A stretch of DNA of 64,000 nt from positions 62,001 to 126,000 of the forward strand of contig JAQGDQ010000466.1 of assembly GCA_030141605.1 (NCBI GenBank), read 5' to 3'. This document shows, in pieces, positions 13,210 through 25,854 of this stretch; position 1 is the first letter of the stretch, and every line of letters starts with the position of its first letter. The translations under genes were made by a program, and so were the position numbers. The notes below the pieces were generated by a model. It was not told where the DNA came from, ran no database searches, and saw nothing but the letters and a program-made list of their open reading frames with translations. Source of the stretch: Tubiluchus corallicola (taxonomy: Eukaryota; Animalia; Priapulida).

Positions 13210-14464
13210 CAAAAATTTTATCAGGGAATTATATTTCGTTACTTCAAAATACCTAAATTATCAATTATATTTACTGACAGATTGTTCGTTGTCAATCATC
13301 ACTTTTTGTTTCCATAATTTTATCAGATCTTGTTATTTGATTTCACACAATTTAAACAAGATATACCCCAAATGTCTAAAATCTTTTCCTAGCAAATGCC
13401 CTTCAAATTATTTCAATTTTTGATAACAGGTTTGGTGAATTGTGCCAAAAAAAATTTTCATTAACATTTAGTGAAAGTTTGAGTGATGTATCTGTAGTTT
13501 CACATTGACTAATTTCCTTTAACACAAATTGTTGAATTTTAACAAGAAAAACTCAAATGTCCTAAAATCTTTCCCAATCACAAGACATTCACTATTTCAG
13601 TTTGTTCTTTGGCGTCTTATATTTTTGAGTGTTATATGTTAACTCTTTCCCTCAATTTACACAATAATTTAAAACATAGGAAAATATTTTTCTTTACTTC
13701 AGAACTCTCTTTCAACAATTTATCCATGCTCAAGATCAATAACAGAACCCGGATCTTAGATTTCCGCATCTTTTGTTCGCGTCGCTGAGAACTTAAAACT
13801 TTCTCTGTCTAATCCAAACAGCAATTATTTTTATGCGGTCTCGCCCTTCAATTTCGTAAAAAGGAAAACCAGTTTCTATCCCTGTGTTTGTATTAAACAT
13901 ACTTTCTAAAGCTTTCAAATCTGAAAAGGCATTATATTCCTTTCAATCTTAACAAAACATCTTATTGCGTATCTCTCAGTTATGTTGTTTCAAGCATCAA
14001 CAAGCAGAAGAAATAATAGAACACAACCCCTGCTTTGCTAAAGGAAATTCTAAACCCACTCAGACAAAGGAAATTCTGCACGCACACAGACAAAGGAAAT
14101 TCTGCACACAGGCAAACCTGCATTTCATCGTCTGTTACTTTTTAAAAATAATGGAATAGCTTGAGAACGCCGTGACGTAAAGAATAGATAGCAATAACAG
14201 TTATGCACTACCGAAACTTGCAACTAAATGGATGGGTGTATGTAGAAAATTTCAGTGCTGTTTCCCTGATTTTAACTGGTTTTTCCCCGGATAGGGAGAA
14301 CATGGTAAAACACCTCTTGTAGTTAATGATCTTGCAAAACCACTTAAAGGGGGAATATCATGAAAATCAAGTTAAACATTTTTTATAGTTGCCTAATCTG
14401 TGAATAACTTGGTGAAATATTTTTAGCCAAGTAACAGTTTTGTATCTGATATCTCGCAAAAAAC
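13210..14464 (+). repeat. ~1.2 kb direct repeat, copy 2
   Basis: See 10520; this copy has an internal triplication of aaaggaaattct...cac at 14040-14110. Confidence 0.92.
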
Positions 14465-14680
14465 GTCAATGAACTGCTTGTACCCCTCTCCCGAGTGAAA
14501 ACATTGAAGTAGCGCAGCTTTGCTGATGATATTTTACTACCGTCGAAAGTTTTAGTTCCATTATAGTATATTGTTGTAGATGTGCTATCATTGCACAAAA
14601 GTAGACCCACGGCATATTGTGAAAATTCTTGTAGCATTAATTGAAAACATCATCAGGAATATAAGCTGCAAACGTGTGCG

Positions 14681-15224
14681 GTAAGTGCTGTTGTCAGTAA
14701 ATACGTGTGGTTGCATTGATTGTCATTAAGTAAGTGCGGTTGTCAGTAAATAAGTGTGGTTGCATTGATTGTCATTAAGTAAGTGCAGTTGTCAGTAGAT
14801 AAGTGCGGTTGTCAGTAAATAAGTGTGGTTGCATTGACTGTCATTAAGTAAGTGTGGTTGTCAGTAAATAAATGCGGTTGTCAGTAAATAAGTGCAGTTG
14901 TCAGTAAATAAATGTGGTTGCATTGACTGTTATTAAGTAAGTGTGGTTGTCAGTAAATAAATGCGGTTGTCAGTAAATAAGTGCGGTTGTCAGTAAATAC
15001 ATGTGGTTGCATTGATTGTCATTAAGTAAGTGCGGTTGTCAGTAAATAAGTGTGGTTGCATTGATTGTCATTAAGTAAGTGGGGTTGTCAGTAAATAAAT
15101 GCGGTTGCATTGATTGTCATTAAGTAAGTGGGGTTGTCATTAAAAAAGTAAACAAGTGCATTTGCATAGAAAATAAGTGCAGTTATCCTGGTTGTCAGTA
15201 GATAAGCGTGGTTGTATTGGCTGT
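14681..15224 (+). repeat. Minisatellite of ~20-bp (gttgtcagtaaataagtgcg) and ~29-bp (gttgcattgattgtcattaagtaagtgcg) units
   Basis: About twenty directly visible units. Confidence 0.95.
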
Positions 15225-15390
15225 CTTATTTACTTATTTTCCGCGCAACTGCACTTATTTACTTAATTTCTTCGCAACCGCACTTTTTTACTTATTTTCT
15301 GTGCAACTGCACTATTATGCTGAAAACCACAACAACCGCACTTGTTTGCAATTCTTTTATGCAACCGCTTTCATTTACTTATTTTCCTAC
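15225..15390 (-). repeat. Related minisatellite in inverted orientation
   Basis: caactgcacttatttact / caaccgcact motifs are reverse complements of agtaaataagtgc(a/g)gttg. Confidence 0.8.
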
Positions 15391-15454
15391 GTCTTTCTCT
15401 AAGTTCGAATTTAAAAAGAGCAAGTTTTTTTTTAAAAATAAACTTGTATTTGAA

Positions 15455-16095
15455 AATTTGAAAGCTCTTTGTGTTGAATGATTTTGAAAGGACATTAATG
15501 TTTATACGGTCAGATATTTCAACAGTTATCAGCTCTGAGCTTTAAACTTTTTTGTACACACTACTTCACAACAACTTGTTTCTGTAATTATGACACACTA
15601 AGAACATAATTATATATTTAAGTAATGGTATCAGAAAATTGAGATGTTTGTGATGAAGGCTAAGTTGAGTCTGGCTCATTATCAAGTGCAACCCCTAAAA
15701 AATAGTCACTGAACTGTCAGAGGTGTCTCAGCCATGTGTATGTCTGAAACATTATTTCTCTACAATGTAAATAACCAGGATCAACATGATAAATGTAACC
15801 GTCCAGATGAGTATCGAACCTATGTGTGAAACCTTCCAGATGAGAATCGAACTATGGCTCACAAATCGTTCCTGCAGGGGAAGCAAATTTTCCCACTCTT
15901 CATGAACCAGACTGTAATTTATTTATAAAAAATATGAATAATATTATATAGTCCATACTGTAGTCTGTGTGCATATATCAGTTTTTTATGTTATAAAATT
16001 ATAATAAAATCATTAAATCAGTAATTAGTAACAATGATCATTGAGACAATAGCGATGCCAAACGTTTCTAACATGTCAAATCTGAAAAACCACAA
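15455..16095 (+). repeat. Repeat module M3, divergent copy (others at 23120-24170 and 33563-34652)
   Basis: ctctttgtgttgaa.gattttgaa.g...taatgttta.acggtc.gatatttc...tatgacacac...atcagaaaattgagatg shared. Confidence 0.8.
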
Positions 16096-16107
16096 CTAAG
16101 TGGTTTT

Positions 16108-16625
16108 AATAAGTGATTGTAATTTCTTAAACTTGAGTCTGAGAAATAAATCTGATTGATTTACCGCCACCTAACAAACAGATGAGTGAAATGAATCTGC
16201 TGTGATTATAGTTGTTTGAAAACATCTTAAGGCTGACATTGAATTTAAAAGTAAACAGAACCGACAGAAAGGACCAGTACAAAAACAACAACAGGAACAA
16301 CAACAACAACAATGATGATGACAAAAACAACTACAGCAACAACAATAACAAGAGTTGCAATAGAATGTGGAGCAGCAACAGCGACAAGCGAAAGAATAAT
16401 GACGACACAGTCATTGTGAAAAAGATTTATTTAAAAAAGAAAAGCAATGGCAAGCAAATTGTAAAAACACTGAAGTCAAAAAAGTGTCTTCAAAGCATTG
16501 AAAGATGTTAAAATGTTGTTACTTTTGTGCTTCAGTGTTCATTTCAGGGATTATATCATATTCAAGGTTGGTCATTGCCCAGTAGTACTCACGCAGCTAA
16601 GATTGTTGTGAAATTTGCAGAAACC
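16108..16625 (+). repeat. Repeat module M4 containing a (CAA)n tract; copy at 24733-25230, partial copy at 35170-35340
   Basis: Near-identical ORF translations 16212-16511 vs 24837-25115; aataagtgattgtaattt...gaaataaatctgattgattta shared. Confidence 0.9.
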
Positions 16626-16626
16626 T

Positions 16627-17220
16627 TCGAATAGTGAGGCTATTATTCTCAGCTTATCAATCGCTATTAAATTCCAGACAAAATTATTGGGGATTAAAAT
16701 CCTTCTTTGTGTGCAGGGAGTAACCTGCCACTCAGGTTAACACTTCAAATAGAGAGACTATTATTGTCAGCTTAGCAATCGCTATTAAATTCCAGACAAA
16801 ATTATTGGGGATTAAAATCCTTCTTTGTTGGCAGGGAGTAACCTGCCACTCAGGTAAACACTTCGAATAGCGAGGCTATTATTCTCAGCTTATCTATCGC
16901 TATTAAATTCCAGACAAAATTATTGGGGATTAAAATCCTTCTTTGTGTGCAGGGGGTAACCTGCCACTCGCGTAAATACTTCGAATAGCGAGGCTATTAT
17001 TGTCAGTTTATCAATCGTTATTAAATTCCAGACAAAATTATTGGGGATTAAAATCCTTCTTTGTGTGCAGGGAGAAACTTGCCACTCAGGTAAACACTTC
17101 AAATAGCGAGGCTATTATTGTCAGCTTATCAATCGCTATTAATTTCCAGACAAAATTTGTGGGGATTAAAATCTTTCTTTGTGTGCAGGGAGTAACCTGC
17201 CACTGAGGTAAACACTTCAA
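16627..17220 (+). repeat. 118-bp minisatellite, five copies
   Basis: Unit ttcgaatagcgaggctattatt.tcagcttatcaatcgctattaaattccagacaaaattattggggattaaaatccttctttgtgtgcagggagtaacctgccactcaggtaaacac, starting at ~16627, 16745, 16862, 16980 and 17098. Confidence 0.97.
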
Positions 17221-17812
17221 AATGATTATAAATAAGCTGCTCTTTTGTGTGCAGGGAGCGTGAGTCTGAAGATGTCTGCAATTTGGTATTTTGTGAAATC
17301 TGCCACCAAGTTTAATAATTTCAAAAGCAATTGTTTTATTTGTGAAGTCATTATTAAATTCCAGACAAAATTATTGAAGATTAAAATCTTTATTTGTTTG
17401 CGGGGTGTGAACGGCGCATTATCTCAAATACTTAAGAAAATTTCAAAAAGCAATAAGCTGCTCTTTGTGCAGAGGGCGTGTCCGAAGAGGTCTGGATGCA
17501 ATTCAGCATTTTGCCGGGATTACGAGTTTCTAATGCGAATTGTGGAGAAATTTGTTGAAGATTAAAATCGTATTTTTTAGGGCTGTGTGATTAGCGTTTT
17601 GTGATCAACTCAAATACTTAACAATATTTATAATTAAGCAGCCCTCCTTTGTACAGACAGCGCCTCTTGAATAGTTCGGTATTTGGCATTTTATGTTATA
17701 AAATAAATAACAACTAAGTAAAGCAAATATTACAGTTAACTAATCTAAGTTAGCTGAAGCTGTAAAACATTATGAAAAGTGCTGGTACAAGCAATGTAAC
17801 AAAGATTAGAGG

Positions 17813-17895
17813 CTGTATATATATATATAAGATTCGAGGCTACAGCTCTGACGATGGCACCATTTGCGGCGATCTATATGTCAAACGAAAGGTGT
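17813..17895 (+). repeat. 'E' module copy 2 (truncated)
   Basis: tatatatatataagattcgaggctacagctc...gatggcaccatttgcggcgatctatatgtcaaacgaaagg is nearly identical to 36236-36312. Confidence 0.85.
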
Positions 17896-19067
17896 CGTGC
17901 CATTGTTTCTGTACAGTTGGTCATAGCAAAAGAAAGTTATCTAAATTTTCTACTTTTGGAGCTATACAAACAACAGTCCCCTAGTCAAACACAGTACCTT
18001 CTTGCAAAATGTAGTCTCTAGATGGAAGTAGCAGGACTTTACATATCTTAGGTACATGTGGATGAGCATTCAACCTTCATTAACAGACTTTTCCATGTGT
18101 GTGTTACTTTTCGTGTTGGTGGTCACCTCCTTTGATAGTGTAGTAAACCTAGGCGATAGTTCTACAGAAAATAGTAAATATCTTAAAAAGTTATGAATAC
18201 ATTGTTATAATTGAGTAAAAAAAATACATAATGAAAAAATAATGATCATCAAGGCACATGCCCTTTCGTCGTTTTACTTCATATTTGACATGCATTGAGA
18301 CGCCATTTCCCAAATTATGCATTTTATCTGGAAGGAAATGTTTTTTTTTAATAAACTAATTCATTTCTTATCAAAAGGTTAATTACGATTAAATGAAATT
18401 AATCAGAGACTTTCACCGAATAACTAAATAAAGCTAAACAAAATATACATACATCTTTGTCATCAAATCTGGGTTACACAGAAAATTTACCAACACGTCA
18501 TCACTGCTATGAACACATTGAAACTTGAATGAACGTTACATCATTCTACTTTTTCTATTAAAATTTATTTTAGTTTTGACGTTTCTAATTTTGAAGGCAG
18601 ACAATGTAGATAGGTGGAAGAGCTATTAGGAAGGACTGAAGATGGGAGAGCTCTTTTTGTGTAATATTGAGTTTAAAACTTTTTGTGATTACTTCTCAAA
18701 TTTATTATTTCATGAATTTATTCTAGAATATTAAATCATTCATTAGAAAAATAAAATCGAAATAATAATCGAATTAATAAATAATTAGCATCTGAGCAAA
18801 GATTATTCTGTACAGAGAAAATGACTCACCCAGCTTATATCTTGCATTTAATGTACGTATGAAAACATTTCGGACAACTGATTAATAATGGAAAATAAAG
18901 TAATAAGCAGATTAAGATATACCACAGAATGAACTCCATGAAATTTAAGAGGCAGATGGCCTATATTGATTCGGAAGCGTATGAAATTTAAGAGGTAGTT
19001 TGAAGCTCGTTAACAGAGTCCACCGGGCAGCCTAGCTAATTAACAGGTGGTACCTCATTGTTCATGA

Positions 19068-19460
19068 TTAACCCTTTTATACCCGTTGTAGCCCGTGGGA
19101 TACGAGAATATTTTCTGCCTTTAAAATTAATAAAATTTTAAAACTGACAGTTATTTGATCTGTTAATAGTTATTTTGATTTAAGCCAATAACAATAGACT
19201 ACAAATGGTGATCAAATGGCAAACTAGAAAATCTACATAGCATAAAAACTGCTCAATGTACAGTACTTTAGAGACGACTTTGTACAGATCAGCATAGCAT
19301 GCATACTAAATGTCTTAAATACTTTAAAAAATTATCAGCAGTTGCAAAATAAAGCACATTTTTTGCTTTTGTTGTGTTTTTAAAAAAGTCGGACTTTGTT
19401 TTTTGCACATGACAAAGAATGTTGTGTATCCCACAGGATACATTGGGAGCAAACGGTTGT
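19068..19460 (+). mobile_element. piggyBac-type end: TTAA plus CCCT TIR, with an imperfect inverted partner ~385 bp away
   Basis: TTAA|cccttttatacccgttgtagcccgtgggatac (19068-19103) vs gtatcccacaggatacattgggagcaaacggtt (19426-19458). Confidence 0.65.
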
Positions 19461-19937
19461 AATTCATTTTCATAATAATAGACACAGGAATGCACTGATG
19501 TGCAAAAACCTCTTTGCAAGTCCAGTAATTAGCTTTTTGTTTAGTAAAGTATGTTGATGCTACTACATTACTGTGTAAACAATTCAACTCTTGAGTCCCT
19601 TTCCAGTTAAATCATTATACTGCCTCACTAAATTTGAAACTAGTATGTAGAAATTAACAAGGTGGTTCAAGACACTATAAAGGTGCTACACTAAGGACAG
19701 TAAATCCTAAGTGGCAATTGCAGTGATATAAAGAAGGCATGATACCGTATTATACCCTATGGTGAGTACAAACTTTCTTTTTATTTTTTATATTTCTGTT
19801 TCACTTTACATTTTCACTGTTCATAGGTTTCATCAATTCATGAATTTCTATGCACCAAGATTATTACAATAATTATATGTCGGTTTACTTTGCACTGTTC
19901 ATTGTAATAATATGGGATTATTGTCTTAGGTAACAAA

Positions 19938-20290
19938 ATGGATTCCGTTTCAACATCAAAATTTTATGGAAAAGCCGGTGGATGTATGGACTCGGATGTT
20001 GTTGTAAGACATGGCAGAAGATGATGATGGAGAAAGTGATTACTCAGATTCTTCATGCTCAGAAGTTAGTGACTCAGAAATCGACAGTCATCAGCCAACA
20101 ACATCAACTGCTGTGCAGAACAAAGGCTCTGGTTTTAAATGGAAGACACCCAAAAAGAATGCACAACTTACTGCTATAGAATTCTCAGGGGAGGTGGAGG
20201 ACTTCAGAGACAGCATCCAACCAGCTTCTTGGTATTTCACATGTTTGACATGTTGATGAGTTTTTACAGAGTTGATCATAAAAGTACAAA
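19938..20290 (+). pseudogene. piggyBac (PGBD-like) transposase N-terminal fragment, frameshifted and truncated
   Basis: MDSVSTSKFYGK..., then acidic DMAEDDDGESDYSDSSCSEVSDSE, FKWK, F.G and P.SWYF: the usual architecture ahead of the piggyBac DDD domain. Lies 0.5-0.9 kb from a TTAA-CCCT end. No catalytic domain present. Confidence 0.6.
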
Positions 20291-20621
20291 GTGGTACAAA
20301 AGAGTATTCCTACAGTAAGCCGCGTCACCTATAATCAGCGTAGCTTCTCACAAGCCGTTTTGAGCAGTTTATAGTGAGTCTTGTTGTGAAATGAGTTTGA
20401 GCATTCAATTACATTGTAAGAATTCATAACAGATTCGTGGTTTAAGTCCGTTTCTCAGAAAACAGTCTCCCAGAGAAAAACCGCTTACCAGAAAAAATAA
20501 CTTACCTTAATAATATTTTTCTTGGAAATCGTATATAGAAAAAGCATTTTCTAGAAAGATATTTAGCAAGAAAATGCTACGTTCTCAACTTTTACATCTT
20601 TATTATAGTAGGGCAAAGGCT

Positions 20622-20905
20622 TCGATTTCTCTTTCTCTTTTTACTTCTTTACAATTCTCTTTGTTATCTTTCCTATGTTTCTTCTTTTCCTCATTTCTTT
20701 TTTTTCCGCTTTCTCTCTCTTTCTTCTATCTCCTGCTCTCCCTCTCTTTCTCTCTCTTTCTCTCCCTCCTCATCTTCTCTCTCTCTCCATTCTCTATCAT
20801 TTTCTCCTTCTTTTCCTTTCACCCCTCTCGCCTCCTGTTGTTTCCTATATCTACCATCGCCCCCTCTCTTGCTTTTACTCTTCCTTTTTCTGTCTGCTTT
20901 CTGCA
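20622..20905. repeat. Polypyrimidine (CT-rich) low-complexity tract
   Basis: Directly visible; source of the F/S/L-rich and E/R/K-rich ORFs. Confidence 0.92.
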
Positions 20906-23119
20906 GCATTAGTTATCTACAGTGCTTTGATTAATGACTATCAGAAATCAGTTTCATTAAAAAAATGATGCAATGTGTAAGTGGTCAACATTGTCCTTCT
21001 AACGTTTAATGCTGTTTTGGAAATGTTTTGTTTTGAAACTTTCTTGGTACAATTTCAAGTTGTTAATTGGTTAAAATTGCTTTCTCAAATTAATTTGCAT
21101 TGCATCATCTGACTTATACAATCTCTTCAAATTCGATTGACATTCACAAAATTTGAAATAAAGTTTAATAGATAATAATTATAAAAAAATGAATGCTTTA
21201 CGAATTATAGTACACAGATTTGTGAATATCTTGGGACGTCTTTGAGATATGAAGTATCACCATGAGAGGCTATTTTTGTAAGAAATTTTAGTTTCCAGTC
21301 TATTTTGTGCAATGATTGTTCACACATCTATTAGAGTATACGATAATGGACCTATAGCTTTCGACTGGTACCAAAATATACCGCTTTTGCAGAAATTGTT
21401 GAAAACGTGTGAAAGACCTCAATGTACTATTAACAGCTTTATTTTTAGCCCAGTTGTGTACGACAGTATCACTAGACAACTCTGATATGTCATCAGCAGT
21501 GCTACACTAGTTCAATTTTTTCACGGGGAGAGGCGTAAATGTAATTTTCCTGCATGGCGTTTCCCGCGAGATACAAAAAAGTTAATTACTCATTAATTAG
21601 ACAACGTACTGCTAAATAAATTCGCCAAATTGTTCACGGGGACGGCAACTATAAATAAGTTTAACTTGATTTTTATGATATCCCCCCTTTAAAGCACAAG
21701 AAAGCCCTCCACTTTCACAAAGCTTAAAAATCCTTTCAAAGCAAACGAAACATCCTTAGAAAACAAACAAAAAATCCTTTCAGTGCGATATACGCACAAA
21801 ATTACTGTAAACCAGTATAATTTTTTAAGACAATATTTCTGAAACCTACTTCAGGTACCCCTTTTCTTGTCCTTTAAGCAAAGTTAAAACCTTGTGTTGC
21901 TAAGGGGCAAAAATAACTTCTGCTCTCTTTGCAGGGCGATATTAAGCACGAAAAGTGGTTCACGCTCCTTTGTACAAAATTTGACTATTTTTAACTCCTG
22001 TCTCCATTTGCTCTGCTTTATTTTCCCAACTCTTTCCCAGGTGTGGAGCGCAGGCCTTGAAATTCAACTGTGTAATCACAGAGCTTTACTTTCTTAATGC
22101 TTTCCCGCTTTTTAAGCTCCCAGTCTAATTTATTTACACACCATTTTAAAGTAATTCACGGGGACGTATCATGGAAAAAATTGTTACTAAACGCATTTTC
22201 GCTTGAAAAATACAAGTGATGTTGAAACGAAACGAATTTCATCTTCTTCTGCCTAATTACATATTTAAGGTAGCTTAGCAGAAAATGGCTTCATTTAATG
22301 GGTAACTTCGTCAAAAATAATGCTATTCTTGACTAAAGATGGCAGCACAAGATTGGAACATTAAAATCAATACATCAATATTATCAATCGTTAGGTAAAC
22401 ATTTCGTGATACCGTTTAGTGATATTTAATACTTAAAGTGAAAAATAATTAGTAGCAGTAATCTGCTAGATGGTGGACCATCACACCCTCTAAGATGAGC
22501 TACTAAACTGTCAGAGGTGACTGAGCCAAAGTAGGACAACTAATAAACGGTGATGTAAGAAAAATCCTCTCTTTGCGAGGTAAACAGTCAGGATCAGCAT
22601 GGTAAATAAAAAAGCCCAAATGAGCATTGATGATAGGCACATGTAAGGCATGCACTTTTTCCATTCGGCATGATCCCGTATGTGATTTAAATAAAGTCAC
22701 ATAAAAATATTTTAATAGAATTATGGTTGTGCAGACTTCTATAGTCTTTATGCAGACTTAAGTTTTGTATGTTATCATGAGATCTATAAGAGCAGTAATT
22801 AGTAATTAGGTAACAGCTGTGCCAAAACGCTCCCTGAAATATCAAACATTTGCAAGAACATGACTCGTAGGTCTTATGTTTGTATAAACGATTTATCATA
22901 GGAGTTTCAAAGTTGGTCATTTACACACAATTTCTCACTCTGACAAGAGTAAATTTTATAAAAGAAAGATTATTGAGCTGTTGTTTGATCGCAGACATGT
23001 TTGTATTACGGATGAAAATCTTCCTCTGCGTGTAGAACGGTCTGAGCTCAGCTCTTCACATGATAAATTTTAGTAAATTCCAGACAGGACTGTTGAAGAC
23101 TAAATCACCAGAACAAAGG

Positions 23120-24172
23120 GGGAAAACTTGTTTTAAAATAAACATTGCAGCATCTTTCAAAACTCTTTGTGTTGAACGATTTTGAAAGAACGTTAATGTT
23201 TACACGGTCTGATATTTCTTCTGAACCTTGAACTTTATTGTACATACCACTTCAAAACAACTTTTCTGAAATTATGACACACTAACAACGTAATTATATG
23301 TCGAAGTAAAGGCATCAGAAAATTAAGATGTTTGTGATGTGGGCTGAGTTGAAGCTGGCTCATTAACAAAGGCAATCCATGAAGTTGAGCCACTGAACTG
23401 CCAGAGGTGACTCAGCCTTGTTCGTGTGTGAAACATACTCTCTTTGCAGTGCAAACAACCAGGATTAGCAGCAGAGCAAATGAAACCTCCACAATAAGTA
23501 TCGAAGTCTCGCCAATCGTTCATGCAAGTCATGAATCCTCCTGCAATTTATTTATCAAAATGTGTTTAATAGTATTACAGCTTTATAGACCTCTATAATC
23601 TTTGTGCAGACATCAGTTTTGTATGTTACAGCATTATAATATAATTGTTAAAAGTAAAAATTAGTTGCGGTAACTAGTAGCACTGATCAATGAGACAATA
23701 GCTGCGCCAAAAATGTTTCTAAAACATCAAACTTTTGTAAAATCGTAACTCGTAACTGTGTAAACGGTTTGTCGTGGGAGTTTCAAGGTTGGTCATTACC
23801 CGCAATTTCTCACGCTGCAAAAATTGTTGTAAAATCTGTTGAATCAATTTGAAAAGAAAGATTTATTGAACTATTGCTTGAGGACGTAGAAGCATAAACG
23901 CATCTCAGCTTAATACTTCACAAAATTTCAATTGTTGAAGATTAAAGCCTTTGTTTGCTTTGCGTGACTCGCTTCTCGGGTAAATAATTCTCGAGATTTC
24001 ACTTATTAAATTCCAACCTGTGTAACTGATGATTAAAATCTTACTTTGAGTGTAGAATATTTACAGATCAGATTAATTTCACAAGAAGTTTAATCTTCCA
24101 GAGAGTGCGTTTATACAGCGCCATTGTTCAAATTTCTGATGAGACTCCTAGGCTATATTTACTTTATGAACA
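23120..24172 (+). repeat. Repeat module M3, ~1.05 kb, near-identical to 33563-34652
   Basis: Colinear from ggaaaa(a)cttgttttaaataaacattgc to gagactc.tagg..a.atttactttatgaaca. Confidence 0.92.
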
Positions 24173-24282
24173 GAAACTGATTGCTCAACATTTAGCTGTT
24201 TTATGGCCTTTTCTTAGCACTAGCTTGCTTCTAGAGAATATTTTTTCTTTGCAGAATTATTAGTATAAAAAAATATCAACGT

Positions 24283-24380
24283 AATTATCATCATGATCAC
24301 AGTCACTATCATCATCAGCAGCAGCACCAACAGCAACAATAGCAACAGCAAGAACAACAAAGACGATGACGACGACGACG

Positions 24381-24427
<47 letters not shown>

Positions 24428-24605
24428 ATCAACTGCAACAAAAAAACAACAACAACAACTGCAACAATAACACCCACAGCAACACCAACAGCAACAGTGA
24501 CGACGACGACAACAACAACCACCACAACAACAACAACAACTGCCACCATCACCACAACAACAACAACAACTGCCACCACCACCACAACAACAACTAGTCA
24601 ACAAT
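24283..24605. repeat. Long compound trinucleotide tract (ATC/AGC/GAC/CAA/CCA)n
   Basis: Directly visible; gives poly-N/T/V/C pseudo-ORFs. Confidence 0.97.
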
Positions 24606-24732
24606 TTGCAAGATTTCAATAATTATTAAATTCCAAACCGAATTACTGAAGAATTCCATCTTCCTTTGTGTGTAGGACGTGATGCCGTAAACTGCATCCT
24701 AGGTGAATATTTCTCAAGATTTCAATTATTGT

Positions 24733-24907
24733 AATAAGTGATTGTAATTTTTTAAACTTGAATCTGGGAAATAAATCTGATTGATTTACTGCCGCCTAAC
24801 AAAAAGATGAGTGAAATGAACCTGCTGTTATTATAGTTGTTTACAAACATCTTAATGCTGACATTGAATTTAAAAGTAAACAGAATTGACAGACTGGACC
24901 AGTACAA

Positions 24908-24939
<32 letters not shown>

Positions 24940-25464
24940 GCAACAACAATAACGAGAGTGTCAATAGAATGAGGAGTAGCAACAGCGACAAACGAAAGAA
25001 TAATGACGACACAGTCATTGTGAAAAGGATTTATTTAAAAAAGGAAAGCAATGGCAAGCAACTAGTATCAACACTGAAGTTAAAAAAGTTTCTTCAAAGC
25101 TTGGAAAGATGTTAAAATGTTGTTACTTTTGTGCTTTGGTGTTCATTTCAGGGATTATATCATATTCAAGGTTGGTCATTGCCCAGTAGTTCTCACGCAG
25201 CTAAGATTGTTGTGAAATTTTCAGAAACTTTCGAATAGCGAGGCTATTATTGTCAGCTTATCACTCGTTATTAAATTCCAGACAAAATTATTTGGGATTA
25301 AAATCCTTCTTGGTGTGCAGGGAGTAACCTGCCACTCAGGTAAACACTTCAAATGGTGAGGCTATTAATGTCAGCTTATCAATCACTGTTATATTCCAGA
25401 CAAAATTATTGGGGATTAAAATTATTCTTTGTGTGCAGGGAGTAACCTTCCTCATAGGTAAACA
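24733..25464 (+). repeat. Module M4 plus two 118-bp units (copy of 16108-16860)
   Basis: Colinear similarity with 16108 onward. Confidence 0.92.
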
Positions 25465-25506
25465 TCAGCTCGAATTTATTAATAAAAGATTTTAAGTAAA
25501 ATCCAG

Positions 25507-25798
25507 ACAACAACCGCACTTATTTTCTATGCAACAGCACTTATTTACTTATTTTCTATGCAACAGCACTTATTTACTTATTTTCTGCACAACTGCACTT
25601 ATTTGCTGACAACCACAACAACTGCACTTATTTTCTGTGCAAACGCACTTATTTGCTGACAACCACAACAACTGCACTTATTTTCTGTGCAAACGCACTT
25701 ATTTGCTGACAACCACAACAACTGCACTTATTTTCTGTGCAACCACACTTATTTGCTGACAACCACAACAACCGCACTTATTTACTTATTTTCTATGT
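25507..25798 (-). repeat. Minisatellite related to 14681-15224, inverted (~50-bp unit)
   Basis: cacttatttgctgacaaccacaacaactgcacttattttctgtgcaa repeats; the reverse complement contains gttgtcagcaaataagtg. Confidence 0.9.
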
Positions 25799-25854
25799 GA
25801 AAGCACTCTGTGAAAACGAAAGTTTTTGTCTGGTAAACGCTTTTGTCTCAATAA

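Noticed and set aside
16212-16511. Duplicated Asn-rich ORFs (with 24837-25115)
   Set aside because: Non-ATG starts, a (CAA)n core and location inside repeat module M4; the similarity reflects DNA duplication.
16627-17220. Regularly spaced repeats (also 14681-15224, 61343-62182 and 63560-64000) as CRISPR arrays
   Set aside because: Whole units repeat with no unique spacers, there are no cas genes, and the context is eukaryotic.
20574-20968. Hydrophobic or charged ORFs
   Set aside because: Artefacts of a CT-rich tract.
24220-24622. Poly-V/L, poly-C and poly-N/T ORFs (also 9684-9956)
   Set aside because: Trinucleotide microsatellite translations.
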